Shown here: in pieces, positions 14,082 through 28,600 of the stretch
Layout of the letters: every line of letters begins with the position of its first letter
Numbering within the stretch: position 1 is the first letter of the stretch
DNA from: Azolla caroliniana
Taxonomy: Eukaryota; Plantae; Polypodiophyta
Direction of reading: 5' to 3'
Assembly (NCBI GenBank): GCA_043228905.1
Contig: JBHGNT010000011.1
Location: 12,338,001-12,402,000, forward strand
DNA length: 64,000 bases
Notes under the pieces: generated by a model
What the model saw: only the letters and a program-made list of their open reading frames with translations
Databases searched by the model: none
What the model was told of the DNA's origin: nothing
Made by a program: the position numbers and the translations under genes

Positions 14082-17000
14082 GAACGTATAATGACTACTA
14101 AGGCAAGACCTCATCATCTTGATTATGACGAACACCTCATCATCTTGCTTATATGGTCATAATTGGTTGGTGATTCATTGTGTTGGTAAGATAGACAATT
14201 CCCCCAAACCACTAGCCAAGGTCTTATATTGCAGGAAGTGGAGGTAAAATTATTGGCAAAAGTGGTCTCAATGTTCAAAGTGGTCATTTGTGGTGTTCCA
14301 CCAATGTCCTTTGTCCAAACTAGTAGCTGGGCATTCTCCAATAATTTTCTCATTGGTAACTGTAGTTATGAATGCCTTGTAATACTTACAATATTGTGAT
14401 TGACATTCTTTGAGATGTCAACATTTGTGTCTCGTATGATGGCCTTGGTATGTGGGGAACCATATGTGTTTGTGTCCTATGTTTCCAAGTGGGAATTCTA
14501 CTCTCTTTTGAGAGGCTATAGGTGTGGATGCTTATACGTTGATCTCCTTTGGGTAATTATAACTACTACAATGCATGTTTGGAGCCTCATTAAAGAATTA
14601 TCCGAGGGTCATGGTGGCCATAGAAGCTTCCAAGAAAGACCTACACAAGTAGGCTACTAGGAATTTTTGTAGGTCGGGTCATATAGCTTGTTGATGGACC
14701 AAGTCGTAGTTTGTTGCTTGACATTGTGTTGCTAGGTTCCCATAAATTATGTACTAAGTTTTTCGTATGCGCAATGTAGTTAACTTATCACCTCTTTTGC
14801 CTATTGCTTGTGAAGCTTATCAAGAAATCCTCCTTCAATCTTAGCAAAAGAAATTGTCTCTTTAATCGTTTCAATAACTTATTGAATCGACTTAGCTAAT
14901 GATTCATCTCTTTAATCTTGTCAAGAACTCCTTCAAATCAATATTTATGATTTCATCCAAGAGGGTCGAGAACTAATCACTCACCGATATAGTAATGCTT
15001 TCAAGATTTTTGACATGATTGACATGTTTCCCTTGTGACCGATCCCCATTGTGGAGTATTTTCGTCATGATGGTGTCTATTTATCCTTTTCCATCTTCCC
15101 TATCAAGTTTTGATACATCTCCATAAAGCCGACATGCTTTTATATTTATAACTTTCGTATGTTGCCAATTATGCGATACATTAGAACTTAATTCAGAACT
15201 AGAGTTTTTTGTTGGTAGAGTCATTCTTACACACAAGAAACATTAGGGGTGGTGGACCGACTGCCCTAATGCCGACAAAGCAAGTAGGTAAGAATGTCAC
15301 GACATTATTCCTAAGGCTATTTGCGTTATGAATAATCACTGAACTAGGCTACACTTAATAGTAGTCAAGGCTACACGGAATAATCATTGAACTAGGCGAC
15401 ACTTAAAAATTAGCATTAATGGGTTAAGGGGAGGATACTCAAGAAACTAATTACCCTAGGAGCTGGGAGAAACCCATATTAAGGCAAAATGACACAGGAA
15501 GATGTGGTGGTCTTGGAGCCTTAGGTGTTGGGCTATATAAAGGGTATACATAGCATGAGGTAATCGTTGATGGTATGGGACATCAATCGTATTTTTTGTT
15601 TGTCTCATGTCCTTGACTAGGGGAAGATTAGTGTGCTTAAGCACCCTTAATCCATTCTTCTCCTTAATCTCTTGTTGTTTTTGGTCATCATTAGTTCGAT
15701 TTGTTATAAATTTGTAGACTAGATAAGGTGAAAACTTAAATGGTGATTCCTATGTTTAAGTATCCAAAGGGAGGTGTATTAATGACATAATAGCATGACA
15801 ACGACAAGAGGAGGAGAAAATATGAGATCTTATATGGGTAAGCCTCCATAAAATAGAGGAAGGGATTGGATGAGTTTGAAATAAGTTCCATTTCTTGAGA
15901 CTCGGTGGTGTTCAGAGAGATTTATTTATTGTTATGACAATTAATTGTAGACCAAAAGTATTTCCATTAGAGCCCGTTTTGATTTGTGGATATCTCATTA
16001 AAAAAACAAGATCTAAAACATCGTCAACAAGTGAAGATGACTGAGATATGTATTTAAAGAGTCGATGGAAGAAAGAAAAACAGACAGAATCTTGACCTTT
16101 GGGATTATTTCAAAGTAATAAATAATTATAGCGTAATATTTTCAGCTCATCAGAGAAAATATGAAGAAAGCTGTTGAAGCAGAGGGGCGCGGAAATCGTT
16201 GAAGATCATAACGAATAGAATATACATACATACATATATATATGAATATATAATATAGATGCAGGAGAAAAGGAACACAGGAAACTCGTACGAAATTATT
16301 ACGAGATTTTGCAGGCTTGTCTGTTATTATTATTATTAACTATTTTGTTTTGAAAAAGGAGGAATTTATTTTTTTCATTTAAACACATGGAAGTAAATAA
16401 CTGATGGTCTCACACGGCGTGCAAATCCCGACCGATAATATTAGATTTTTTATTTGCCTATTTTTGGCGAATAAAAATAAAATAATGAGATATTTTATGT
16501 GTGTGTGTGTGTTTTTTTTGGCTAATCAGGTATTGTGGATTCGTTGGTTTGAAGAAGCGAATCCCGAAGAACTCAAAATTACATTATGTAAATAAATAAT
16601 AATACATTTCAAAAAAGGGGAAATTTCGTAAGAAGAAAGAGAGCGTCTCACAAATGTGGCTTGTTGCTCGTGAAGATATTGAATGCAGGGAAATATGAAC
16701 AAAAACAAAAACATAAATAAATAAATAAATAAATTCTAATATATAATATATATGATATATAATATATATATATATATATATTAGAAGCATAGAGATGTAG
16801 AAAGGAAGAACAACAAAAGAAATAGACAGATAGACACACAATAAATTGGAGAATGGATAATAAAAACAAAAAATTGAGCAAAGTACACGTGCGGCACGTG
16901 AAAACATCTGAACCTATTTACTTCCCAGTATTTAATAGAAATACCGGCTTATTATGTATTTATTTTTATTTATTTCCCCTTGCTTCTGTTTTTTTCTCTA

Positions 17001-17481
17001 TTTTTTTCAAACAAAAATAAATAAATGAACACACACAGACACACACAATTGGCAGCACTTTTACTCAAAAAACAATTTATTTTATTTAAATTAAAGCAAA
17101 ATCACCCATGCATCCGCTATATGTATACATATGAAACTTATTTATCTAAATTAATAAATAATTAAATCCGCATGCATCCTCTCCGTTATTATTTATTTAT
17201 TTATTTTATGTTATTTATTATTAATTATTCCTCCCCCGCCCCCCCCCCCCCAATCTCCGTCCCACTCACGGGCACAGCAGACAGCAGACAGCAGAAGAAC
17301 TGATTGATTGATTGAAGAAGAAAAAAGAAGAAGAAAGAAGAAGAAGAAGAAGAATCTATGGTGTCCTTCATAATATGCATTTGTCCGACGATGGAGATGA
17401 AGGTCATGATCACCAGCCATGGCGATCTCTGAAAAACGTCCATCACCGCTCATCACGTTCCTTCATTCATCTCATCACGAG

Positions 17482-17519
<38 letters not shown>

Positions 17520-18397
17520 CATCTCTTCATTGAACACGCGCGCCAGGTAATTTCAGTTTACCTGAACACTCTGTGTTTCTCTTTTTCTTCTTCTTCTTCG
17601 TCTCTCCTGAATTGACCGGAGACTTATATTGAATGCCTCAGATTTGTTGAATTACAGAGCCTCCTCTTAGATATGGTGGCCCAACTCTCTTTGGATGTTT
17701 ACTAATCATCATCTTCAGGCTTCATGAGTCAGGCGATAAAACGCTCCACTCAAAAATCTGGTTCTACTGCGTCTCATTCAGCGAAGAAGAAGGCATCGTC
17801 TATAATCTCTATACCTGAGCTCTCAAAGCTATAGCGATTGGTTATTGTTATCGTTATCAATCTAATCTTTCTTCTCTGATCTGAAAATAATAGAGAAATC
17901 TGTGCATGTGAACGATCCAATGTAACATTCAATCCATCCCTTTCTCTGATCGTGTGATGTTCTTGCTCTCCGTTTCGGCACCATACATTTGGCCCCGTTT
18001 CCTAGCCTTCAATTCAGTCATACCGTTTCCGTTTCCGTTTCTTCGTGCTCCGTCTCTGTGTCGTCCTTCCGATTATCGCATTTTCGAAAAAGAGAAGGCT
18101 ATTTTTGCTAACTAAACAGCATTGTGTCTCTGTCTTCTTCCGCTGTTGCCTCCTCCAATGTCACAGAATACTGCTCCATTAAAGTCTATATTTTTTATCA
18201 GAGCCTCCAGCTATTCTTAGGGAAAGGCATCGTTTCCATCTCTTTGGTAATCCCTCCTTTCGCCATATCGTTTTGCCTTTTCCTCCTCATCGCCAAATAC
18301 TGTCTGGTTGTTTTTAAAGTATCGGAAGAAAGAGCTCCACAGCCAGTTCATCTACAGCTCTGGATATATCCATATCCGTATAGCTTCTTATCTCGTC

Positions 18398-21181
18398 ATG
18401 GGACGAGCCCCTTGTTGTGAGAAAGAAGGCGTCAAGAAAGGTCCCTGGACCCCTGAGGAAGATGAAAAGCTAATCTCGTATATTCGGATGCATGGCCATG
18501 GAAGCTGGAGATCTCTACCAAAGAATGCTGGTAAGTTTTTATGCGCATAGATATACCCTCCCTCTCCTACGATGATATTCTTTCGCATAACTGTGAATCT
18601 TGTCAAACATCGAAGTTTTATCTCATTCATAATGATTGCCAGATGGCTAATATATTAAGAAAATTATATTTTGACATCAATATTATGATCAACCAGTGAT
18701 CTTCTGTGCGTGGTAACTCCTTTTGTTTGTTGCGGATCATCTATTCTGATAATCAATCTGTATATTAAGTTTCCATAATCGTTGATCTGTATGAAACTTG
18801 TGGGCTCAAAGAACTGCATTGTTTCCGTAATATCATTGTGAATGACCATCTGTTTTGATAGTTATGTAGTATGATCATTGCGCTGGTTTAGGTTTGCCAT
18901 AATTTTTGGAAATAATTATGATTCAATCTGTTTTTCTTTCTGTTTCTGTGGGAATCATCATTTGTTTAATTCTTGAAAGACTGTATTTGATATTTTTTGT
19001 TCACGTATACCTCTAGGTCTGCTACGATGTGGTAAGAGCTGTCGGCTCAGATGGACGAATTATCTCAGACCAGATATCAAACGAGGAAAATTCTCTGACG
19101 AAGAAGATCAGATCATTCTCAACTTGCATGCGCTGCTAGGAAACAGGTACAATATATATTTATATGCGTATATTTATGTAGATATAATATCTAGAGCATA
19201 GAAACATGTTAAATCTTCACACCTTTTCTCCATTGATCTGAATAGTTTCATTCTAGTGCTATAATATTTCTTTCCTTTTATGGTCAGTAATGATTCCAAT
19301 AAAACAAATTAAATCTTCTACAGAGTGGCCATACCTTCTACGCGCTAAATCCTTAAGTATACCACAACACTTGAATATAATGGTTTAAAACACATTAAAT
19401 CTGCACAAATTAATGAGCTTCAACATTTCGATTGTATAAGTGGTCCTCCTAATGCCAGGAATGGCAATAATACTAGTAATTCATGTTTTCTCTGCTTGTA
19501 TATCAAAAATCTGAGTAAAACTACATTTTCTCCCTTTGATGGTATATTTTCTTCAATGTGTCAGCAATTTGTAACAATTGTGTCATAATGTTGATAATTT
19601 CCATCGTGTCTTCATAAATAAATAAACTATGCAGCAAGATACTGTTATCAACTCTTGTGGATCGAAACAACGCGCAATATTACAATTTGTGGCGCTAATA
19701 TTTCTCTTCCTTTTCATTGGTGTTGATCGATATTAATATGAATTGTATAATCGCTTTTGCTTCTGGATGGTTAATAAAACAGATGGTCATCCATAGCAAG
19801 CAAACTCCCTGGAAGAACAGACAATGAGATTAAGAACCATTGGAATACTCATTTGAAGAAGAGACTACAACAAATGGGATTAGATCCCCTGAGGCAAAAT
19901 CCATTAGAAGAAGAATCAGGGAGAAAAATAACATCAAGTAAACCAACCATGATGGCAGGTGCTAAAAAACGGCACCAGATTATCACTACAAGACTTGATA
20001 CAAGATGCCAGATGACGGAAGAAACTTCAGCAAATGTTGATAATCTCAATTTGAACCAGAATGAGTCTACAGATTATTACTTACGAGCATGGAATTCAAG
20101 TGTGGGAGAGACATTTAGAAAGGCTTTGTACAATACTAATCACCCGAGTACATCATTCTTAGAGTTAATACATTCATGTGGAGAACCAAATCATGCGCTA
20201 AATACTCAACAACAATTATCAAACCCCTGTAGTATGTTCACCCCTGATCCATGTCCTCAGCAATTGCTATCGAATGCAATATATCAGATTGATTCTACAA
20301 GAAGGCTAGCTGCAGAAACCAATGTTGCCAATTTCCTCTCTACAAGCAGTTATAAGAATGATATTTCATATGTGGATCACAAGCTCCTCCTCCCAAGAAG
20401 CAGTTATAAGCTTTCTTCGGGTGGTTGCACTGCTCCGTATAACCATTCTCCCTCGCGTTCCCATGCTATAGTGGATGATCTCTGTAGCTCTAGCGATGAT
20501 GGATACAATGGAATGAGCAGCAGTATAGTAGAAAGCAAGGATTTTGAAGGCGATGCAGGAAGTGTTAAGCTGTCAGTGAAGGAATGTTCTCCATTAATGT
20601 CCAAAGTGAAGCTGGAATCATTACAAGATGAAGATGGAAAATGTGAGGAATGTGGACACGATTCAGTACCAAGCAGCAGTACTGTACTGAAAGAAGAACA
20701 CAAAGAGATCTTAACGTTTCCACCTTCTGATCTGATGATCCATGGATGGGATGATACAATGGATCGCGCTATACATATACATGAGACATGCTCAGATGAT
20801 GACTATGATAATCACAAACATCTCAATGTGGTGAAGGAAGAGGAAGAGCCAATATTGACAGGTGCAGATGAGAAAGATCATGGAAACACAAGGATTATAT
20901 TTGGAAGCAAAGATGAAATGGATACATACCAAGATATGGGTCTTGGCCTAATCATGCCATTGTTGGTACCTGAGAAGAGTATGTGGATGCCAGATTATAG
21001 TAAAGATGAGCATCATCACTTTGAAGGAGATTATGGAACTGTCTTCCTTTCTTGCCATGAAGATCAACAGTTTCTATGCAATCACAACTCTAGTTCATTC
21101 CTGGAGAATGGTGGAGAACATTATTGGACGGCTTGGATGAAAGCAGTAGCATCTACAGGCGGACACCCCCAATTCTGTTAA
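18398..21181 (+). CDS. R2R3-MYB transcription factor, subgroup 9 (MIXTA/MYB17-like), ~553 aa
   Basis: Exons 18398-18530 (133 nt), 19017-19146 (130 nt) and 19783-21181, the canonical R2R3 intron pattern. Protein reads [22 protein letters not shown]...[24 protein letters not shown]...[38 protein letters not shown]. Downstream [17 protein letters not shown] resembles the MYB17-type motif. Confidence 0.95.
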
Positions 21182-21419
21182 GGCTCAAAGTTTATTATTA
21201 ATTTTTTAAACTAATTCGCAAAATTTGAGTCCATTTTTTGTTGCTGATATCCTTTTGTTGTATATAACATTACCCATGGAGGCACATTGTATTGGATCCA
21301 TCAATTGAACGGGGAAGCCTATATAAACAGAACATATAATTGATCTCGCTCACGTATTATTATTATTATTATTATTAGACTCCACAATATTTTTTTATCT
21401 CAAGAAACAACCTTCTCAA

Positions 21420-24200
21420 GACTAATGCAGCCAACAACTATCCATTCCCAGATGAAATGGTATCGCACTCTAATCCAACAACTATCCATTCCCAGATGAA
21501 ATGGTATCGCAATCTAATCCAACAACTATGCATTCCCAGATGAAATGGTATTGCACTCTAATGTGCTTGGTCTTCACATGATAAACCGGATTTTTAGCCA
21601 ACACAATGATTCTGGTTGTTACAAAACAATAATAATGGATACAGTTGAGGTATGCCCATGTCACTAGCTAGTCTGGAAAGCCATATATCTTCCGTACATG
21701 CCTCACTAGTTGCACCATGCTCTACTTCTATAGTAGACAACCCAATACGTTCTTGGAGGCAAGACCTCCAAGAGATGTCACCTCCCATAAACTAAAAAAT
21801 GTATCCTGACGTAGACTTTCTGTTGTAAGAACAACTAGTATATCCAATGATAGATACATTATTGCCACCCAAACATGGACAATTATCCTTAGTGCCACTT
21901 AGATATCTCAATATCATCTTGACTACTTCCTAATGTTTATTATCATGATTTGATAGAAACTGCTCACAACTCCCACTACAAATGCAATGCTTGGCCTAGT
22001 CATTATCATAACATACATAAAGCTACCAACAACAGACTAATAGTAAATTTAGCTCATGAATTCCTTTTCATTATCAAATTTGGGGTATTCATTCTTACTC
22101 AGTTTTACATGTATAGATAATCTTGTTGCTATTTAATGGTTCTGCACTCCAGTCCATATTAAACATCAATACATTCATTACTCCAAGAATGTGTTGACTC
22201 AGTTTTTTTCATGCCAAGAATGTGTTTTGCATTTCCTAAATTTATGTCAAATGTTTGACTCAGATATTTTTCTTTAACATGGACAACTCATAAAGGCATC
22301 AAACTTTTGGTACCATTTTATAGGAGACTATGTAAGTCCATGCAAACTTTTCTTGAGTTAACGTACCAAATGCATTTTATCACAAACTTCAATAACGCTC
22401 TAGTAGTTCAATATAGATCTCCTTATTAAGATGTCCAAGCAAGAAAGCACTTTTTATATCCATTTAAACTATCTTTAAACCTTTCTTAACAACCAATACA
22501 AGCACCATGTGTAACGTAGCCATCTGTCCATCAAGGAGAAGATTTCATCGAAATCAACTCCTTGTTCTTGCTTGAAATCTTTTGCCATAATGCGAACCTT
22601 ATACTTATACACCAATTACAGGTTAGTGCTTTCCTACCGTTTGACAAAGGCACTAAATCCCAAGTTCCATTGTCATGAATATTGTCCAATTAACTTTGCA
22701 TAGAATGCTCCCACTTAACATGACCATTGGTTGATATTGCTTCATGATAATATGAAGATTCACTAGCATCTGCTAGCATTTCAAAATTAGTAAACCTACA
22801 ATGTAGTTTAGGGACACACGTAGATCACCTTAATTATTGTTGAGCCTGAATACCATCAGGTTTTGTATGGGAAACATCATTTTGAACACCATCATTCTAG
22901 ACATCATCATGTTGAACACCATCATGCTAGTTAACAACATTTTCACATGGATGAGCACAATGTCATGTGGAATCATCTACATTAGTGGAAATTTTCTATT
23001 GCATGTTAAAAAAAGGTATAACACCTCTAAATGCCAATTTCTCACTTCTACCCAAAAACAACTTCTACCCAAAAACCTTTTGAAAGGTTTGTGTGGTGTA
23101 TCATAGAAACAACCCAATCCTAGACAGTTCCATTCATCCTCTCTGCTACACCATTCTAGAAAGGGGTGTAGGGAGTTGTAAACTCTCTCCAAATTCCTCC
23201 AGAGTTATTAAAGTCACTAAATTCATGAGAGGTATACTCACGTCCATTGTACAAACATAAAGCCTTATGGTTTATGCCTTTTCCAAGTCAACTAAAGCAA
23301 GTCAATTTAAGAAATCAGGGTAAACATCATCCTTTCTTGAATTTGATACACCCAAACTTTCCTAATGGCATCATCAATGAAGGTGATGAAGAACAACACA
23401 CCACCCAAAGGTCTTACAAGCATAGGACTGCAAACATCTGTGTAAACAAGATCCAAAGGTCAAGCAGATGAGTTGATGTGGATCTTATGTGCTTTTTTGG
23501 TTGGCTTTCCATGTTCGCAAAATGCAAAATAAAAAAGCTATAACTAGAAAGTATTTCCATGGCATTTCATGACATATGGCCTAAATGACCATGCTAAATA
23601 CACATCATAAGTTGTTTTACAACAACCAAACCATGTTCCTTTTGATGAACAAATAAGTGATAAAAAGAACCAACTTTATTCTTTTTAGCAATAATCATAT
23701 TTCTTTTTGTTATATGAAAGGATTGTGAACCATCGTCATCAAGCTAACCAACAAACATCAAATTATGTGTTAATTGGGAAACATGTCGATAAAATGTACT
23801 AAAATATCTACAATACCAATCACATCACATTGATGTGAGTCTCCAAGTCCAGCTCTTCCAAGTGACTTGGCTTCATAACATGTGAAAAACTCCCTATGTG
23901 GAGTCACATGAAATGATACACCAAAGTTCAATAGGCCTATATGGAAGGGAGATAAAACTATATTTAGCCCAATATGTGTAGTATCACCATCCAAGACACA
24001 AGGCCAATATATTTATCTCATAAAAGGTTGCATTTATTTCCTCTACCGCCACTAAGGATGAGGGACCACTAGATTGTTTGGCATTCCCATCACCTTTGGC
24101 TTTAATATTATTCTTTTCTTTATTTTTCAAGGCATAGCCATCTTTCTTAAAATGCCCTTCTTCCTAGATTTTCTTCTAAGTTCCTATCATCTCCAATATT
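21420..24200 (-). mobile_element. Degenerate Ty1/Copia gag-pol remnant directly downstream of the MYB
   Basis: RNase H (GGDISWRSCLQERIGLSTIEVE..; LAKNPVYHVKTKHIRVQYHFIWE), RT-like sequence ~21800-22700, integrase-like sequence ~23200-23500 and protease region GVSFHVTPHREFFTCYE..LGDSHQCDVIGI. Many stops and frameshifts. Confidence 0.85.
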
Positions 24201-24539
24201 GTTCCTAGTTTTGCTTCTATCATAGAACCAACATCATATAACATTATATGCATCTCCACGAACAAACTGAATAAGCAGAACCCCAAATTAAAGCTCTGCA
24301 AATAAGTTTATGATGTGCCACATTATTTATTTCATTGTTTCATTTGCAATACATACATTCACGTGCATATATGTCTATGCAACCTTTCTATTGACGTCTC
24401 CACACTCCTTATAAGCATCTAGTACATATGAATAGTTTAGGGTTTAAATAATAAGACGAGGTAAGTAAGTTCTTGTGAACATGAGGGGCGGGGGCATTCT
24501 GATAAATATGCATAACCAACCAAATCATGTGTATTTTTT

Positions 24540-24915
24540 GTTTGTTTGGGTATCATTTTTGTAAAATACTTGGCATAAAATACGCGTACAATACGTATTC
24601 TAAGTATTCTACAAGTATTCTAACTTTTGTTTTTTAAATACTTAGAATACGTATTTTATAGATAAAGTACAATAAATACGTTAAGTATGTTAAGTACTTA
24701 GAATACGTGTAGAATACTTGTAAAATACGTTAAATACTTCTTAAAATTTACAGTTTTTTTTTTCAAAAAAAAGAAAATATTTTTTGAAATAATAAATACT
24801 TGTTGAATACGTCAAATTTTTAAAAACGGCAATTCTAAAACGTAGAATACATGTAGAATACTTCAGAGTATTCTAAAACGTACTCTAAACGTAGAATACA
24901 CATTTTTTAACAACT
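24540..24915. repeat. AT-rich element built from TATTCTA / TAGAATAC(G) units in both orientations (possible MITE)
   Basis: TACGTATTCTAAGTATTCTACAAGTATTC is mirrored by TACTTAGAATACGTGTAGAATACTTG. No TSD identified. Confidence 0.45.
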
Positions 24916-25416
24916 ATGTTGTATATGTATGTGTTTTTGTTTTCTCTCCTCAATTCATGTATAATAGAGATGATCAATATTAGTCACTTTAAACATATTA
25001 CACCCCAAGTACCCTTGCCATTGTCTAGCTTAATAAATAACCATTTTGGTTTTTGACACATAGGCATGTAGATTTTGTTTTTCTATCTACCAGATGTATG
25101 CACATTCTTTTTTGATTGATTTGAGCCTCTTCATTTTCTCATCCCATTGGAGGACTTTTCGCGATTCAAATTTCGTGCACTAACAGAAAAATATTTAAAC
25201 TTATCTTGAAATTTAATTGTACATATTTTAGAGTAACATGAGCCAATATAAGTGAACACACATTGTCCTTTTATGTTGGGTTACAAAAAACCTTAGTTCA
25301 TGAACACTCGACATCAATTAGTATCAATGATAATGCCATTGCACTTTTAAAAAGAGAACTACATAGCTTCTCCTTAAACAATATAGCCATGTTTCTGAAC
25401 ACATGATGTGATAATT

Positions 25417-25650
25417 GTTGAAAATGAGTCTCGGCCTCCACCGAGATTCAAGCACAAAGAAGAGAAAATAGAAAATCAGAAAATGATTCACTTACACGGA
25501 GACACATGATATTAGCGTGGAAAACCCCGTCCGGGTAAAAAAAACCACGAGAGCCCACAGACTCCGAACAATTCACTATTAGAGGCAAAACTATGAGACA
25601 CTCAGGCAACAACCTCAACCTCGTCTTCTTCGCCTACAAGCGGTTACAAC
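25417..25650. mobile_element. Truncated LTR-like fragment
   Basis: Begins TGTTGAAAATGAG and contains GTGGAAAACCCC..GGGTAAAAAAAACCACG, a motif I associate with Copia LTRs read in reverse. No partner LTR in the window. Confidence 0.4.
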
Positions 25651-25672
25651 AGAGAGGGATAGGAGTCAGAAG

Positions 25673-28600
25673 ATGAGAGGAAGAGAACTCGCCAAAACTA
25701 TGGCGGCGGCTGTTGAGCACCTGGTGAACGCTCAAGATGGCACAAGCGCCCTTGACAGAGTCGTTGAATCGATAGTGGCCACGATAGGCCGTTTCAATGG
25801 CAAAGACACGACTATCTATCTGGTGACCTACCGGGCTGAGATGATGATGAGGGACATACTGGAGGACAGAAGACTAGCCGGATTCCCTCAAGTTGTTAGC
25901 CAGCCGGCAAGGAGTGAGGGGCAGTCCAGAATATGGAAGGGCAGAATAATCGGAGGTTGTTATTAGGATATTAAGTAATTAAGTAGATTTTAGAGAAGTG
26001 AACGGACAGACCGGAATCGGTATGTCGATCCGGATCTGGATTGGTTCATATTAGTATGCCGGTTGGCACCGTTTTGTAGGCAGAGCCGGTGATCTATAAA
26101 AAGGCCCAGTTACATTGTAAATGACGACGGAGAATTAATAAAGCTATAATTCCTTATCTCTGTGCATTGATTATCGTTTTGTGCTAATTATTTTCTATCT
26201 TACGCGTGTATTAAGAATAAGGTTCTGTTGTTTAAGTAACCAATTAAGGTTGGATTAATTGTCAGTCTAACTCTGTTCCACCGTAACACCCTTTGGTGAA
26301 GTGTCTTCTGTAGAGACCTGTGTTAGGCTATTGTCCGGCCCTACGGAGTAACACAATTTTTGGTGACCATGATTCCTGCATAAGCAGCGAACAACGGCGG
26401 GAATGGATGACTAGACCAGCGAGCGGACCGGTTACGGATCGAGCAAGGACACTCGTTGAGCGGTTGCGGAAGCGAGAGGCCTTCTAGCAAGCGACGGAAG
26501 AAATTTGTTGAGATCAATCATTTTCCAAAGTGATCCGGCGTGTGGCTGAGGAGTCACTCCGTTTGCAACAAGATTTCCACCCCGACGAAGGAAGCAACTT
26601 GAGTAGTCTTCGGGAAACGAAATCCCTGCTGCATGCATTAGCTACAGGAGACGACGATTCCGAACAATTTTCGGCCTTTGAATCGGACTCGGACGGCTAA
26701 TATAGCACTCATTCTAATTACCGCAGTAGTCACGACACCCCAAACGGACTGGCGGACGAGGAATCAGATACCTCACCGACACCGGAACTAGAATTGACAG
26801 AGCTGGAAGCCGAAGCAGAGGCGAAAAGACCTTCCACAGAGGAGGCAGAGAGACCTCCGACGAAGGAGGAAGAGAGACCTCGGACACCACCAGCCCGCGT
26901 TCCAACACCGAACGACGACAGGCCATTTCAATATCCCAAGTACCGGGATGATCCGGACGCAAAGGCCCACGTCTATGCATTTCAGCAGACCTAGGAAGCA
27001 AATCATGTGTCACAACGCTTAACCGCGGCCAAAGCAGAACGCTCAAAGATGGCGGAGTTCGGCATGAACTTGGAGGGGCCCGCCGCTAGATGGCGCCTGA
27101 CGCAAGATCCTAGTACCGTAACGACGTTTGAGGCCTTGAAAACTAAATTCTTACATTTTTTTCACAAAGAAGTGGATCAGCGGGAAATGGTCGGCATATT
27201 CTATACCATCAGGCAGGAGCCCACGGAGAACATTCAACAATTTGTAATCCGATTCCAAAGAATGCACAGCCAACTCAGTCCGGCACCACCGGAGGAAGAG
27301 ACTAAGGCGATATTCCTTACAACACTCCGGGAACCCCTATGAACGGTGTGCACAGTTATTGATTTCCGCACGAGCTCCATCGACCAGGTCATAGACCAAG
27401 TCAAGGAAATGGAAAACTCCAGCTCGTGGCTGACGATGGGGGCACTCCAAAGAACATTACTGACGGATGAAGCCCTCCACTTTCGACAAGCAGTTCAATG
27501 TACGACTTGCCTGAATGTCGGACATTCGGCGCTGGAGTGCACCATGCGTTCTCAATGCCTGCTTTGCCATTCCAGAAACCACACAATGGATCGGTGCGAG
27601 TATAACATGCTGAATCGGCAAGCACCCCCAGTCCGGCAAATCGAACCATGGAGCAACCAGGAGGAAGAAGAAGAACGCTGGCGGCGAGAGGAGCATTACC
27701 GGCCAGCACAAGATGTCTGGTACGGTGATCGAAGAAATGCTTATGACCGCGACCGGTATGATAGATATGATAGATATCGGAACTATAATGAGGAACAGAA
27801 TGAGTGCTACAACCGGGATCACTCCCCCAGGTACAACCCCCAAAGGGAGGACTATGGCAAGTACGACGACTGGCTCCGACAGGATTTCCGGAACAAAAAG
27901 CAGTTTAACAAAAAATGGCTTTTCAATAAAAAAGGGGATCACCAATGGGAGCCGGAACAGGGTACATCAAGTAACCAACCAGACCAAGGCCAAGCACTTC
28001 CCACAGGACCTCAATTGGGTGTCGGGGCGAAAGCAGAATCCAGCAACAGCCGGAAGGCATACTGCTACTATTGTCGACAAGAGGGACACTACAGTAACCA
28101 ATATCTGGCGAAAAGCTACGATAAGTGACCAACGGTAAACATGGTGGTAGCAGACATACAACAAGTGACCACGAGGGCAAAAGGAAAAGCAACGGAGTGG
28201 GAAACCCAAGAAGCCATTCGGAAGCAGGCCACCGAATGGGTAAAAAAGGCAAACGAGCAGAATGTGGCAAAACTGGAACAACAAAAGGAGAACCTAGAGG
28301 AGACAACTCGCAATGGCCAAGCAGAAAACCCAACTTCGCAGGCGTTGCAAGAATGCCAAATCACGCTGCCATTAGGTCGGCTATTGCAGTTAGTACCTCG
28401 GTTTACGGAAGGACTGAAGACGGGAATGACTGCGGTCGGCACGACACCGGCTCCGGCATTCTTTTCTAATCCGGAGGAAGGACCGACGGTAGTGGACACG
28501 AGCAGTCCGGCTATCACAACCATCGTCAAGGAACGAGAGCTACCCAGAATGATTATAGACGAAGGATCCGGTGTGAATGTGATAAGCCTCCGAACTTGTA

